NCBI GenBank assembly: GCA_965267335.1
Contig: OZ253953.1
Location: 1,282,639 to 1,346,638 of the forward strand
DNA length: 64,000 nt
Reading direction: 5' to 3'
Source of the DNA: Cytophagales bacterium
Lineage (GTDB): Bacteria > Bacteroidota > Bacteroidia > Cytophagales > JAAEPT01
Every line of letters begins with the position of its first letter. The first letter of the stretch is position 1. The notes under the pieces were generated by a model. It had not been told where the DNA came from and did no database searches. It worked only from the letters and a program-made list of their open reading frames with translations. Positions 30,200 through 39,627 of the stretch are shown in pieces. Position numbers and translations under genes: made by a program.

Positions 30200-30375
30200 G
30201 AATCTACTTTTTTCAATAATTCTGTAGTAGAAATTGTATTACCACTCTGTTCGTCATCCAGACCATCCATAACCTGAGCAGCTAGATTGAGCCGGTACAT
30301 GATTTCCTCCATTGAAGAATTGTCAGGTAAGTTATGCAGGACTTGTATAGATATATCTTTGAATGATGGACGCAT
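30184..30375 (-). CDS. Putative antitoxin of the ParE/RelE toxin
   Basis: 63 aa. LPDNSSMEEIMYRLNLAAQVMDGLDDEQSGNTISTTELLKKV resembles the LP.....E.I.Y.L.....I..GL.D...G...S.EE..... antitoxins commonly paired with ParE. It sits upstream of the toxin and overlaps it. Confidence 0.6.
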   Translation of the reverse strand: MRPSFKDISIQVLHNLPDNSSMEEIMYRLNLAAQVMDGLDDEQSGNTISTTELLKKVDSCEQR

Positions 30376-30474
30376 GGTATAACAGCTTCGATAATACGAC
30401 TATAATTTAAAGATAAGAATATTGGTTGTGTTTTACTTTCAAATTTTACCTTTTCTAGCTCTAGAAGCTTAACT

Positions 30475-31590
30475 CTATTTAGATAGTCTTTTTTTTATGA
30501 TATAATCAGCTAGGTAAGAAAGCCCTATTGATATAATAAAGAATAGATGAAAGCCATAAGCAATGATATAGACATAACCATGCATTCGCCCGGCTTCGTT
30601 CCCAATAAGGATGTCAATTAATTCATAGGTGCCACCCCAGGAAAAGAAAAATACGAAAGGTAGAATAATCCCTCCAAGCACCGGAATTAGGAAAAATTTT
30701 CTCTTTAGTTTCTTCTTACGTTGGTTATACAATAAAACTATATAGAGGAAAAATATGATTGAAGTTAATAACAAAGCAACAGTCAAAGGACTTACTGCTA
30801 TTAGTGAAGAAGGAAGTGCACCGATTTCCGGAGTGTAATCAATACTTAACATATTCACAGGAATCCCTTGTTTATTCCATACAGCTATAGAATCTGTGCT
30901 ACCTTCATCGGGTGGACCTATGTTCAGCTCGATGGGGTAGTTACATGCCCTGGCATCTAATTTTATTTTTAAAGTTCCAAAAGACTTCCAGTATCTGGCA
31001 GGAGATAAAGCATATTTAAAGCTGTATTGTTTGACCCAGCCGCCCCTGTCCTCCCAGCTTGTTCCGGAATAGGATACATTTATGGTATGCTTTCCCTTAG
31101 ATATGTCTGTTTCAAAGTATCTCATGTATGAAAGATAGATGCTTGGACCACCTCTTTCGTATTCATATACTGTGACACTGCTTCGGTCATTATATGCAGT
31201 ATTAGTAGGAGGTTCAAAAAAATATGAAAAGTCATCAAATTGAGTCCCCTCAGGGACTTTTATTTCATCTGGAATATCCTCTATTTCAACTTTTTCTCCA
31301 TCAACAAAAACGTTGAAATCATCACCTGTTATACCTTCAGCATAGAATAGTAGAGGAATGTTGATGCTATCTTTTTTTGAGTTGATATGATATGTAATGT
31401 TATACCGAGCAGTTTTAAAATCCTGATCCAGTATTATTTCCAGGTCTTCGTGGGTAATGTCAACATACTCATTAACAAAAGGTCGGGTAAAATAGGTGCC
31501 TTCAGTGATCGGTGAAGCCATATTAGCTTTGACTTGCATAGAGCTCACGACAAATGGCAGGAGAAAAAATATAACTTTGAAGAAATTCAT
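30475..31590 (-). CDS. Uncharacterised membrane-anchored protein (signal peptide, ~250-aa exported domain, 3-4 C-terminal TM helices)
   Basis: 371 aa. MNFFKVIFFLLPFVVSSMQVKA is signal-like. Hydrophobic segments are present (e.g. LTVALLLTSIIFFLYIVLLY, FFLIPVLGGIILPFVFFF, YVYIIAYGFHLFFIISIGLSYL). I recognise no family with confidence (weak resemblance to DUF4424 only). Confidence 0.55.
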   Translation of the reverse strand: MNFFKVIFFLLPFVVSSMQVKANMASPITEGTYFTRPFVNEYVDITHEDLEIILDQDFKTARYNITYHINSKKDSINIPLLFYAEGITGDDFNVFVDGEKVEIEDIPDEIKVPEGTQFDDFSYFFEPPTNTAYNDRSSVTVYEYERGGPSIYLSYMRYFETDISKGKHTINVSYSGTSWEDRGGWVKQYSFKYALSPARYWKSFGTLKIKLDARACNYPIELNIGPPDEGSTDSIAVWNKQGIPVNMLSIDYTPEIGALPSSLIAVSPLTVALLLTSIIFFLYIVLLYNQRKKKLKRKFFLIPVLGGIILPFVFFFSWGGTYELIDILIGNEAGRMHGYVYIIAYGFHLFFIISIGLSYLADYIIKKRLSK

Positions 31591-31679
31591 AATTCTACCT
31601 TTGAGTACCTAAGAATACTTGAAGGTCACCCGTCTACTTACATTCATTTCCAACTCGAGAATCTTTTCTCTTCCTCTCC

Positions 31680-31711
31680 TTTGAAAACCATAATGTATTT
31701 TACTAAATTTG
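31680..31711 (+). promoter_or_regulatory. Candidate promoter of the dinB-dnaE2 operon
   Basis: TTTG (31680-31683), 20 nt, then TAAATTTG (31704-31711), matching the Bacteroidota -33/-7 consensus. The start codon is 35 nt downstream. Confidence 0.5.
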
Positions 31712-31741
31712 TTAGCTAAAAAACTATTAAAATTAGTAAAA
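31698..31741. promoter_or_regulatory. Perfect 9-bp inverted repeat (candidate operator) overlapping the -7 box
   Basis: ttttactaa (31698-31706) and ttagtaaaa (31733-31741) are exact reverse complements separated by 26 nt. The pair spans the -7 box and the likely transcription start. Confidence 0.4.
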
Positions 31742-31745
31742 TAGC

Positions 31746-32954
31746 TTGCGTTCAATTCTACATATGGACCTGGATACGTTTTTTGTATCAGTAGAGCGGT
31801 TACTCAATCCGGAGTTGGTGGGAAAGCCCGTACTCATTGGTAGCACCAGTGATCGGGGCGTAGTGGCTTCCTGTAGTTACGAAGCCCGGATGTTTGGGGT
31901 ACACTCGGCTATGCCAATGAAAATGGCCCGTCAGCTCTGTCCGGAGGCGATAGTGGTAAGAGGTAACTCAATGAATTACCTCGAGTACTCCGATATGGTT
32001 ACGGAAATAATTAGTGAAGGTGTTCCTCTTTTTGAAAAAACATCTATCGATGAATTCTATGTGGATCTCACGGGGATGGATAAGTTTTTTGGATGTTATA
32101 AACTGGCGGGTGAGCTGAGAAATAAGATTAAAAAAGAAACCGGACTTCCTATTTCCTTTGGTCTTTCAACGAATAAAATAGTATCCAAAGTAGCTACCGG
32201 TGAAGCAAAACCTGACAACCAGAAACACATAGAAGTTGGGTTTGAAAAAGCTTTTCTGGCTCCTCTTTCTGTAAAAAAGATTCCTATGATAGGAGACAAA
32301 ACCTATCAGCAACTACGGAACCTCGGGGTCAAAAAGATCAAAACACTTCAGGAAATGCCTTTGGAGTTGATGCAAAGTGTGTTTGGTAAAAATGGAATTA
32401 GCATGTGGAAAAAGGCCAATGGGATTGATAACAGTCCCTTGTATCCATATGTAGAGCGAAAGTCCATTTCTACGGAAAGGACTTTTGAAAAAGACACAAT
32501 TGATATTCATAAACTCAGGGGAATTATCCTGGCTATGGCAGAAAACCTGGCTTTCCAGCTTCGCAGGGCTAATAAACTGGCCGCTTGCGTTGCTGTGAAG
32601 GTCCGGTATTCAGACTTTAACACCTATACTATGCAGAATAGGATATCATACACTTCTGCCGATCATATTCTCATTCCTAAAGTGATGCAGCTTTTTGAAA
32701 AACTTTACAACAAACGTCTTCTGGTAAGACTCGTGGGAGTAGAGTATAGCAAAATTGCTGATGGTGGCTACCAGGTTGATCTTTTTGAGGACGTCAATGA
32801 AACAGTTAAGCTCTATGAAGCCATGGATAAACTCCGGCTAAAGTATGGCGGTCGATCGGTTGTAAGAGCTTATGGTATGGAAGCAAAAACCCTTGAGCGT
32901 CCGAATCCCTTCAATGGGAATGCTCCATTATTATTAGCTAACAGGAAGAGATGA
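31746..32954 (+). CDS. dinB: Y-family DNA polymerase IV
   Basis: 402 aa. ILHMDLDTFFVSVE and SIDEFYVDLTG align with E. coli DinB IIHVDMDCFFAAVE and SLDEAYLDVT, so the catalytic Asp/Asp-Glu residues are present. A TTG start at 31746 is needed to include the conserved ILH. Confidence 0.9.
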   Translation: MRSILHMDLDTFFVSVERLLNPELVGKPVLIGSTSDRGVVASCSYEARMFGVHSAMPMKMARQLCPEAIVVRGNSMNYLEYSDMVTEIISEGVPLFEKTSIDEFYVDLTGMDKFFGCYKLAGELRNKIKKETGLPISFGLSTNKIVSKVATGEAKPDNQKHIEVGFEKAFLAPLSVKKIPMIGDKTYQQLRNLGVKKIKTLQEMPLELMQSVFGKNGISMWKKANGIDNSPLYPYVERKSISTERTFEKDTIDIHKLRGIILAMAENLAFQLRRANKLAACVAVKVRYSDFNTYTMQNRISYTSADHILIPKVMQLFEKLYNKRLLVRLVGVEYSKIADGGYQVDLFEDVNETVKLYEAMDKLRLKYGGRSVVRAYGMEAKTLERPNPFNGNAPLLLANRKR

Positions 32955-32957
32955 AAT

Positions 32958-35900
32958 ATGTATATCAATACTCATTCATATTTCAGCCTCAGGTATGGTA
33001 CCATCAGTCATAAGGAGCTAATTCGAATGGCAGCAGAAAAAGGCTATGATACTATTGCTCTTACTGATGTCAACAATACTTCTGGCTGCCTGGATTTTAT
33101 CCGTAAGGCGGTTGAGTCGAAAATAAAACCGGTAGTTGGTATAGACTTCAGGAGGCGGATGCGACAATGTTTTGTGGGCATCGCTCGAAACAATCAAGGA
33201 TATTATAACCTGAACCGACTCTTAACACATTGCCTCCATAACGATATTGAAGTCCCTGAGTTTCCAGATGAAATAAGCGATGTGTATATCGTATACCCTT
33301 TTTCGGTTTGGAAGGAGAACATGGTCCTGAAAGACTATGAATTTATCGGTGTTAGTCCTATGGATTTAAATAAGTTAGTAGTCTCTCCTCTGAAGAAGCA
33401 GCTCTCTAAATTAGTTATACTTCATACTGTCTCCTTTAAAAATAAAGCAGAGCATAACGCGCATGTGTTACTTAGGGCAGTTGACAATAATACTTTGCTC
33501 AGTAAATTGGATCGAAGCGAAGTAGCAAATTATTGGGAGGTGATGCTCTCCAAAGAACGACTACTACGCCTCTACAAAGACTGGCCTCAGCTTATTGAAA
33601 ACACACAGAAATTATTGGATGGCTGTCATGTCAGTTTTGGATTTGGCGAACAGGCAGAACATATGAACCTCAGAACATTTACGGGTTCTGAAGCTGAAGA
33701 TGTGAGTATGCTTAGAAAACTGTGCTATAATGGCTTGTCCTACCGTTTTCCTCAGGTGACTGGCAAGATTAAAGAAAGGCTTAATAATGAATTGAGTTTG
33801 ATCGAGTCAAAAGGTTTTGTGTCTTACTTTTTAATCAATTGGGATCTGATCAACTATGCACGGCATAAAAATTATTTCTATGTAGGAAGGGGAAGTGGTG
33901 CCAATAGTATAGTTGCTTACCTGCTACGCATTACTGATGTGGATCCGATAGAACTGGACTTATACTTCGAGCGTTTTATGAATCTATATCGACAAAATCC
34001 ACCGGACTTTGATATAGACTTTTCCTGGCGTGACAGAGATGATATTACGGAGTATCTTTTTAAAAAGTATCCTAACACAGCACTATTAGGAGCTTACAAT
34101 AGCTTTAAGTATAAGTCTATTGTCCGTGAGTTAGGCAAAGTGTATGGTCTGCCAAAGCATGAAATGGATGTGCTTAGTAGTGGGGATATTCAGCCGGAGC
34201 AACTTGATAAAAAAAGTGAGTATTTGGTAAAATTGGCTTTATACCTCGAAGAAAAAGAAATTCCCAGTCATCTCAGTATTCATGCCAGTGGGATCATTAT
34301 CGCTGATAAACCCCTGGAGCACTTTTCGGCCACCTTTATGCCCCCGAAAGGTTTTCCGACTACACAGTATGATATGGTAACTGCTGAGGATGTTGGACTT
34401 TTCAAATTCGATATTCTTAGCCAAAGAGGGTTGGGAAAGGTAAAAGATTCTTTAGCAATCATTAGACAAAACAACCCTAAGGACCCTGAAATTGATATTC
34501 ACGACATCAACAAGTTCAAGAAAGACGAAAAGGTAAAACACATACTCAGAAATGCAGAGGCTATCGGTTGCTTTTATGTAGAGTCACCAGCCATGCGTAT
34601 GTTGTTGAAAAAACTGGAAGTAGATAACTACCTGGGGTTAGTCGCAGCCAGTTCGGTAATCAGGCCCGGGGTAGCAAAGTCGGGAATGATGAGGGAGTAT
34701 ATATTGAGATACAGATATCCTGAGAAACGAAACGATGCCCCTCAAGTATTACTTGACCTTATGCCGGAGACCTATGGTGTAATGGTGTATCAGGAAGATG
34801 TAATTAAGGTAGCGCATTACTTTGCCGGGTTGTCATTAGGTGAGGCCGATGTAATGAGAAGGGGGATGTCGGGCAAGTATCGTTCGCGGGATGAGTTTGC
34901 TAAGGCTAAGAATAAGTTTATCAATAATTGTTTGGCTAAAGGGTATTCCAGAAAGCTTACACTGGACGTATGGCGACAGGTAGAAAGTTTTGCCGGCTAC
35001 GCCTTTGCTAAGGGTCACTCAGCTTCTTATGCCGTGGAAAGCTATCAAAACCTTTATTTGAAAGCGCACTATCCGATTGAGTTTATGGTAAGTGTGTTGA
35101 ATAATGGTGGAGGCTTTTATTCAGCTGAATTTTATATTCATGAGGCCCGTATGTCGGGAGCAACCATACACCCTCCCTGTGTCAATAGAAGTAATTACGA
35201 AAATGTACTGCAAGGCAAGGAAATTTATCTGGGGTTTTACCTACTCAATAGCTTTGACACTGAAAGTGCGGTGCATATTGAGCGAGAAAGAGAACAGGAG
35301 GGACTTTTCGAAAGTATGATCGACTTTATTGATCGTGTGCATCTGTCACTTGAGCAGTTGAGTATCCTGATTCGTATTGATGCTTTTCGTTTTACAGGTA
35401 AAAGCAAAAGGACTTTATTATGGGAGGCTAGTATTTATATGATGGGTGCGGAAAAACAACCGACAACACAGTCATTATTCAAAAGAGAAGTGAAGCAGTT
35501 TGTCATTCCTCAGTTACACATTACAGAAATGGAAAATGCTTTTGATCAGATGGAATTATTGGGTTTTCCCTTGTGTAGCCCGTTTTTGCTAGTGGCGGAA
35601 GAGTTGAAGAATAATCTGCTGGCTAAAGACATGAGCCGTTACCTGAATAAAGAGATGTTAATTTATGGTTACCTGGTAACGGTTAAGAATACAGCGACTT
35701 CTAAAGGTGAGGGAATGAACTTTGGTACTTTTCTCGATAGGGAAGGTGCCTTTATTGATACGGTACACTTTCCCCAAGTGGCAGCTCAGTATCCATTCAG
35801 GGGTAGAGGAGTTTATGGTATCTATGGTAAAGTAGTAGAGGAGTTTGGCTTTTTGACCATTGAAGTGATGAAGATGAAACGTATTCCTTTGATAGAAGAT

Positions 35901-36005
35901 CCGAGGTATAGTGATAAGGATACCGATGATCCTGAGAAGGTGGTGACGGATGTTGTTATTCCTATTGAGAATAAAAGGGAGATGTGGAGTCGAAAGAGGT
36001 TTTAG
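32958..36005 (+). CDS. dnaE2: DnaE2-like (error-prone) DNA polymerase III alpha-subunit homologue
   Basis: 1015 aa with an N-terminal PHP-like domain (THSYFSLRYG...ALTDVNNTSG) and a Pol III alpha core (FDIDF, GLFKFDILSQRGL, GCFYVESPAMR, VIRPG). It starts 3 nt after dinB. The short length and the pairing with a Y-family polymerase favour DnaE2/ImuC over the replicative DnaE. Confidence 0.75.
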   Translation: MYINTHSYFSLRYGTISHKELIRMAAEKGYDTIALTDVNNTSGCLDFIRKAVESKIKPVVGIDFRRRMRQCFVGIARNNQGYYNLNRLLTHCLHNDIEVPEFPDEISDVYIVYPFSVWKENMVLKDYEFIGVSPMDLNKLVVSPLKKQLSKLVILHTVSFKNKAEHNAHVLLRAVDNNTLLSKLDRSEVANYWEVMLSKERLLRLYKDWPQLIENTQKLLDGCHVSFGFGEQAEHMNLRTFTGSEAEDVSMLRKLCYNGLSYRFPQVTGKIKERLNNELSLIESKGFVSYFLINWDLINYARHKNYFYVGRGSGANSIVAYLLRITDVDPIELDLYFERFMNLYRQNPPDFDIDFSWRDRDDITEYLFKKYPNTALLGAYNSFKYKSIVRELGKVYGLPKHEMDVLSSGDIQPEQLDKKSEYLVKLALYLEEKEIPSHLSIHASGIIIADKPLEHFSATFMPPKGFPTTQYDMVTAEDVGLFKFDILSQRGLGKVKDSLAIIRQNNPKDPEIDIHDINKFKKDEKVKHILRNAEAIGCFYVESPAMRMLLKKLEVDNYLGLVAASSVIRPGVAKSGMMREYILRYRYPEKRNDAPQVLLDLMPETYGVMVYQEDVIKVAHYFAGLSLGEADVMRRGMSGKYRSRDEFAKAKNKFINNCLAKGYSRKLTLDVWRQVESFAGYAFAKGHSASYAVESYQNLYLKAHYPIEFMVSVLNNGGGFYSAEFYIHEARMSGATIHPPCVNRSNYENVLQGKEIYLGFYLLNSFDTESAVHIEREREQEGLFESMIDFIDRVHLSLEQLSILIRIDAFRFTGKSKRTLLWEASIYMMGAEKQPTTQSLFKREVKQFVIPQLHITEMENAFDQMELLGFPLCSPFLLVAEELKNNLLAKDMSRYLNKEMLIYGYLVTVKNTATSKGEGMNFGTFLDREGAFIDTVHFPQVAAQYPFRGRGVYGIYGKVVEEFGFLTIEVMKMKRIPLIEDPRYSDKDTDDPEKVVTDVVIPIENKREMWSRKRF

Positions 36006-36823
36006 GGCTTATACACTCTTACAATCACTCCTTGTAGTAAGGGCCGGCCAAAATTCATTATCGAACGCATCTCCTGCTGATACTTATTCCATTGCTTACG
36101 TTTTTTTAGGCTCAGTTTCGATTTTGATTTTCCAATTGCGGTAAAAAGTTCAGAAAGGAAAACTTGTTTCGAAAAGCTGCCTCTTTTCTTTTTTAAAAGC
36201 TGATCAACTTTCGTGTCATTATCAAAAATGAAACCGACTCTGTTAAGTTGTGCTTTCCAGTCTTTGAGGTGCAATAAAGTCGAGTTAGCCTGAATGATGC
36301 CGAAAGACTTTTTGCAAAGTTTGTTGATTTGATCTGCTGTCTGCTGGTCGGTTGAGTCCAGCCAGATACTTTCATTAAAAAGCAACATACCTCCGGGCTT
36401 AAGTATGCGATAGCAATCTTGCAGGGATTTTTCCAATTCCTTTCCTTCCTGTATGGCAAAAATCGACTCGGCATATATTTTGTCAAACATATTATCAGGA
36501 TAAGGCATATTTTTTTCCTGGCCTTTATAGATAAGGTTGATCTTCTTTGACAATCCACAGAACTTCAGCCGCTTCAGCGCCATTTTATGCATGAGCTCGG
36601 AGGCTTCAACCCCGTAAAAGTTTGTTGTCTTATACTTAGATGCTAGTTCTATAATAGTTGCTCCAGTGCCAAAACCAATTTCCAGGATGTCCTCCCCGGG
36701 CTTGCACTCCAACAACTGAATCAGAGTGTTTGTTGCAGTCTTACCTTTTGCATGAATATGGGTGGCATGTGATTCTGCTAAGTAGTCGAGTATACGCCCT
36801 GATTGATTTGTCATTGTAAACAA
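36002..36823 (-). CDS. Class I SAM-dependent methyltransferase
   Basis: 273 aa with motif I ILEIGFGTGAT and post-I/II motifs (YGVE, FDKIYA). Its stop overlaps the dnaE2 stop by 4 bp (convergent genes). Confidence 0.8.
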   Translation of the reverse strand: MFTMTNQSGRILDYLAESHATHIHAKGKTATNTLIQLLECKPGEDILEIGFGTGATIIELASKYKTTNFYGVEASELMHKMALKRLKFCGLSKKINLIYKGQEKNMPYPDNMFDKIYAESIFAIQEGKELEKSLQDCYRILKPGGMLLFNESIWLDSTDQQTADQINKLCKKSFGIIQANSTLLHLKDWKAQLNRVGFIFDNDTKVDQLLKKKRGSFSKQVFLSELFTAIGKSKSKLSLKKRKQWNKYQQEMRSIMNFGRPLLQGVIVRVYKP

Positions 36824-36833
36824 AGGTATTAAA

Positions 36834-38003
36834 CTAAAGTTCTACTGACTTTATTCCTTTTGGTGATTGTGTAAAAATACTCGATAGGATGACTAGAAGC
36901 ATCAAAAAATAAGGAAAGAACATTCTTTCAGGTAGGCTCGGATACAATAAAAACCTAAATACAAGTGTGGTTAGAATACTAATTAAAAGAATGGTTGTCT
37001 TATCTCTTTTTAAAGCCCTTATGTTAAAGGTTATTCTTTTTGTGCGGAAAAGTATGTACGTAAAAAAGGCCAGTAACAATATCGGGAATTTTAATCTGAG
37101 TACGGTTGAGATAATTCCTTTCAATAAAATTTTTAGATACTGAAAGATTCCAAAATCTGGCGTTTCTTCGGTTAGAGGATGTGTAAGATGCTTTATAAAT
37201 GAATGGTGAAACCAAACTTTCCATCCAGGATTTTCGAATGAACTTTTGAGAACGAGTGCCACAGAAACAAGTAGTGTGACTGCTAGACAATAGCGAAGAA
37301 TATGCAATAATTTTTTCTCACTCATTAAAAAATCAAGACTCAGTAAGCAGATCCCAAAAATGGCATTATCTGGTCGAGCCAGTGATGCAAGCACGAGTAC
37401 TGAGATTAAAATTATTTTAGAGTTGTAAAACAAGAATAAATAAGAGCTTAAAAACATCAGCATTGAAGCAAGGGCATCTGGTGTCGAAATTATTCCTACA
37501 TCTGTAAATGAAGGCATTATGAAGACGAGTAGGGTCAAGCCTAAAGCCACATAAGTGAATTTGAGATTGATCTTTATGGAATTGAAGAAAAATAATGCGA
37601 GAACAAAGTATGAAATGACAGAAGGTATTATTGTTGCTAAAGACAAGGAAACCCCACTTTTGTACAAACCATAACAGGATAGAACATAAAGAAACTTGAT
37701 GGAATAGAACGGCAGCTGTTCGTTGAAGGCATTGTAATCATTTATCATGGCCTCTCTATACTCATGTGGAGAATAATAGGAACCAATTGTCAGATGTTCA
37801 TAACGATATCCCGGTGTGTTTTTTTCAATTTCTGAATATACCGTCTGATGTATTTTTTCTGTGTCTGTTTCGCCATCGAGCTTAAGAATGCATGCCATAT
37901 AACCCAATCCATCCCAGGTTATAATTGGGTTAGCGATTTGTTTTGATAAAAGAACCCCAAGAATCGTTAGGAGAAGTAGACGGGGAATAGCTTTTTTAAG
38001 CAT
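36834..38003 (-). CDS. Polytopic inner-membrane protein of unknown function
   Basis: 389 aa with about 10 hydrophobic segments. It is in an operon with the methyltransferase (10-nt gap). A glycosyltransferase or polymerase-like role is only a guess. Confidence 0.55.
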   Translation of the reverse strand: MLKKAIPRLLLLTILGVLLSKQIANPIITWDGLGYMACILKLDGETDTEKIHQTVYSEIEKNTPGYRYEHLTIGSYYSPHEYREAMINDYNAFNEQLPFYSIKFLYVLSCYGLYKSGVSLSLATIIPSVISYFVLALFFFNSIKINLKFTYVALGLTLLVFIMPSFTDVGIISTPDALASMLMFLSSYLFLFYNSKIILISVLVLASLARPDNAIFGICLLSLDFLMSEKKLLHILRYCLAVTLLVSVALVLKSSFENPGWKVWFHHSFIKHLTHPLTEETPDFGIFQYLKILLKGIISTVLRLKFPILLLAFFTYILFRTKRITFNIRALKRDKTTILLISILTTLVFRFLLYPSLPERMFFPYFLMLLVILSSIFTQSPKGIKSVEL

Positions 38004-38212
38004 ATTTTGAACAGAGATTTGGGTACTGAGTATAACTAAAGCTAGTAAATGATTTTGAATCTTTTTAAATAATTGGTTACGATAAGAATTTCTATACTTC
38101 GCTTACCCTGCACTTTGAGCCTTCTGATTTAAGAATATCACTGTGAACAATAATTTAAAATAACTTGTCAAATATTCTTAACTTACACCTAGTACTCACA
38201 GAATTACCATTC

Positions 38213-38731
38213 ATGAAACTTTTTAAATCATCTGTGTGCCATAATCTTTCAGGAATAATACTATTCTCCTTTTTATGCCTGGGAACTCAGTTAAAGGCCC
38301 AGGGAATAGGTGGAGGAGTGATTTATAATCTACCTACGAACAATATAGGCTTCGATATCCGCTATGAATATCCCAAAAGGCAATTCGTATTCGCACCACA
38401 AGCCGCAATATTTCCCGGGATAGGTCCTATTACAGAATTCAATGTCGGGGGTGCGGTACATTATTTGCTTCCGGTAAGAATGGGTAAGGTGCTGCCTTAC
38501 GCACTTTTGTTTGGTGGCTACAATGGGTGGATAAGTCATGAAAGTGCCCCGGACCCTGATGCAAAATTTTCCAATTGGAGTCTTGAGCCAGGAGTGGGTA
38601 TCACTTTAAAACAATGTTTAAGACCTTATGCAGAGTACCGCTATAGTGTGAAGTGGGATGAAGCCAATGTGCGTATTGGAATAATTTACACCTTCAATTG
38701 TGGTGGCCACATTTGTCAAACTTATATCTAA
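38213..38731 (+). CDS. Small outer-membrane beta-barrel (porin-family) protein
   Basis: MKLFKSS....FLCLGTQLKAQ is a signal peptide. The sequence has an alternating aromatic/glycine beta-strand pattern. I prefer the ATG at 38213 to the TTG at 38165. Confidence 0.55.
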   Translation: MKLFKSSVCHNLSGIILFSFLCLGTQLKAQGIGGGVIYNLPTNNIGFDIRYEYPKRQFVFAPQAAIFPGIGPITEFNVGGAVHYLLPVRMGKVLPYALLFGGYNGWISHESAPDPDAKFSNWSLEPGVGITLKQCLRPYAEYRYSVKWDEANVRIGIIYTFNCGGHICQTYI

Positions 38732-38743
38732 ACCGATAGAGCT

Positions 38744-39613
38744 ATGAAGAAATTAATATACCTTTTACCTCTTGTGACCATTATTGTTCTTACTAATTGT
38801 AGCAAGGAAAGAATTCAGGAAGAAGAGAAAAATGAGTATGAGTCAATGAATGACTACTTTGATTCCAAAAAACAGGAAGAGCAGGATTTTGTTATCGACA
38901 CCGGAGGCACTTGTCCTGTAGTAGGAAATCAGGGCACCCGTGTGTGCCCGATTAAGGTTAGCTTACAAACCAGTGGAGGGGACAGTGTTTACTTTCCTTT
39001 TAATATGCATCTGATCGAATTATACACTCCTAAAGACATTATCTACTATCAACTCTCCAATTTTGGAGGAAGTAATGTCATCAGTAACCACGGTATAATC
39101 AGACTTCGTGCAACTAAGGATGGCGATGACCTGTCAATGCGGGCTGCCGGTTATTGGGATGTTGAGCAACCTAATGCAACGCCTACGGCTGGTAAAAGTA
39201 TTTACTATAGTTCCGGTGGTAGTAATTGGACTACTTCAGGACAGTCTTTTGCGGTTACCGCCTACGGCTACGATGGTGATGTAACTCAACTTTCCTGGGT
39301 GTCATGTGCCGAAGACCCTGCTGTTGGCGGGTCAACAGGTGGGTTTACCTTTTCTTCTGATACTGACAACCTCGATAATGTAGTGAAATATGTGTACTTA
39401 CCAGACCTGGATGCTTTGGTAAAAGCCAGTGGTAATTCGACAATTGCACTGCCGGTTGGCCAGTCTGCCAAAGTCATATTAATGGCAATCAATAGTAAGG
39501 GTGAGTTGTACCACTATTATGATGAGACTACAGTTGGAGCTACCAATGACTACAAGGTTGAGTTAACTGAGATTTCAGATGGTGATCTGACGACATTATT
39601 GGATGGGCTTTAA
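38744..39613 (+). CDS. Lipoprotein of unknown function
   Basis: MKKLIYLLPLVTIIVLTNC is a lipobox-type signal (Cys19). 289 aa, no recognised domain. Confidence 0.65.
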   Translation: MKKLIYLLPLVTIIVLTNCSKERIQEEEKNEYESMNDYFDSKKQEEQDFVIDTGGTCPVVGNQGTRVCPIKVSLQTSGGDSVYFPFNMHLIELYTPKDIIYYQLSNFGGSNVISNHGIIRLRATKDGDDLSMRAAGYWDVEQPNATPTAGKSIYYSSGGSNWTTSGQSFAVTAYGYDGDVTQLSWVSCAEDPAVGGSTGGFTFSSDTDNLDNVVKYVYLPDLDALVKASGNSTIALPVGQSAKVILMAINSKGELYHYYDETTVGATNDYKVELTEISDGDLTTLLDGL

Positions 39614-39627
39614 TTATTAAATATTCA

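Noticed and set aside
31534-31719. A plus-strand 61-aa ORF in the dinB upstream region.
   Set aside because: It overlaps the 5' end of the minus-strand membrane-protein gene and the predicted promoter/operator. It has no motifs and is most likely spurious.
31746-32954. Calling the Y-family gene upstream of dnaE2 an ImuB.
   Set aside because: ImuB proteins lack the catalytic acidic residues. This protein retains the DinB-type MDLD and SIDE motifs and has DinB-like length, so DinB/Pol IV is the better-supported call.
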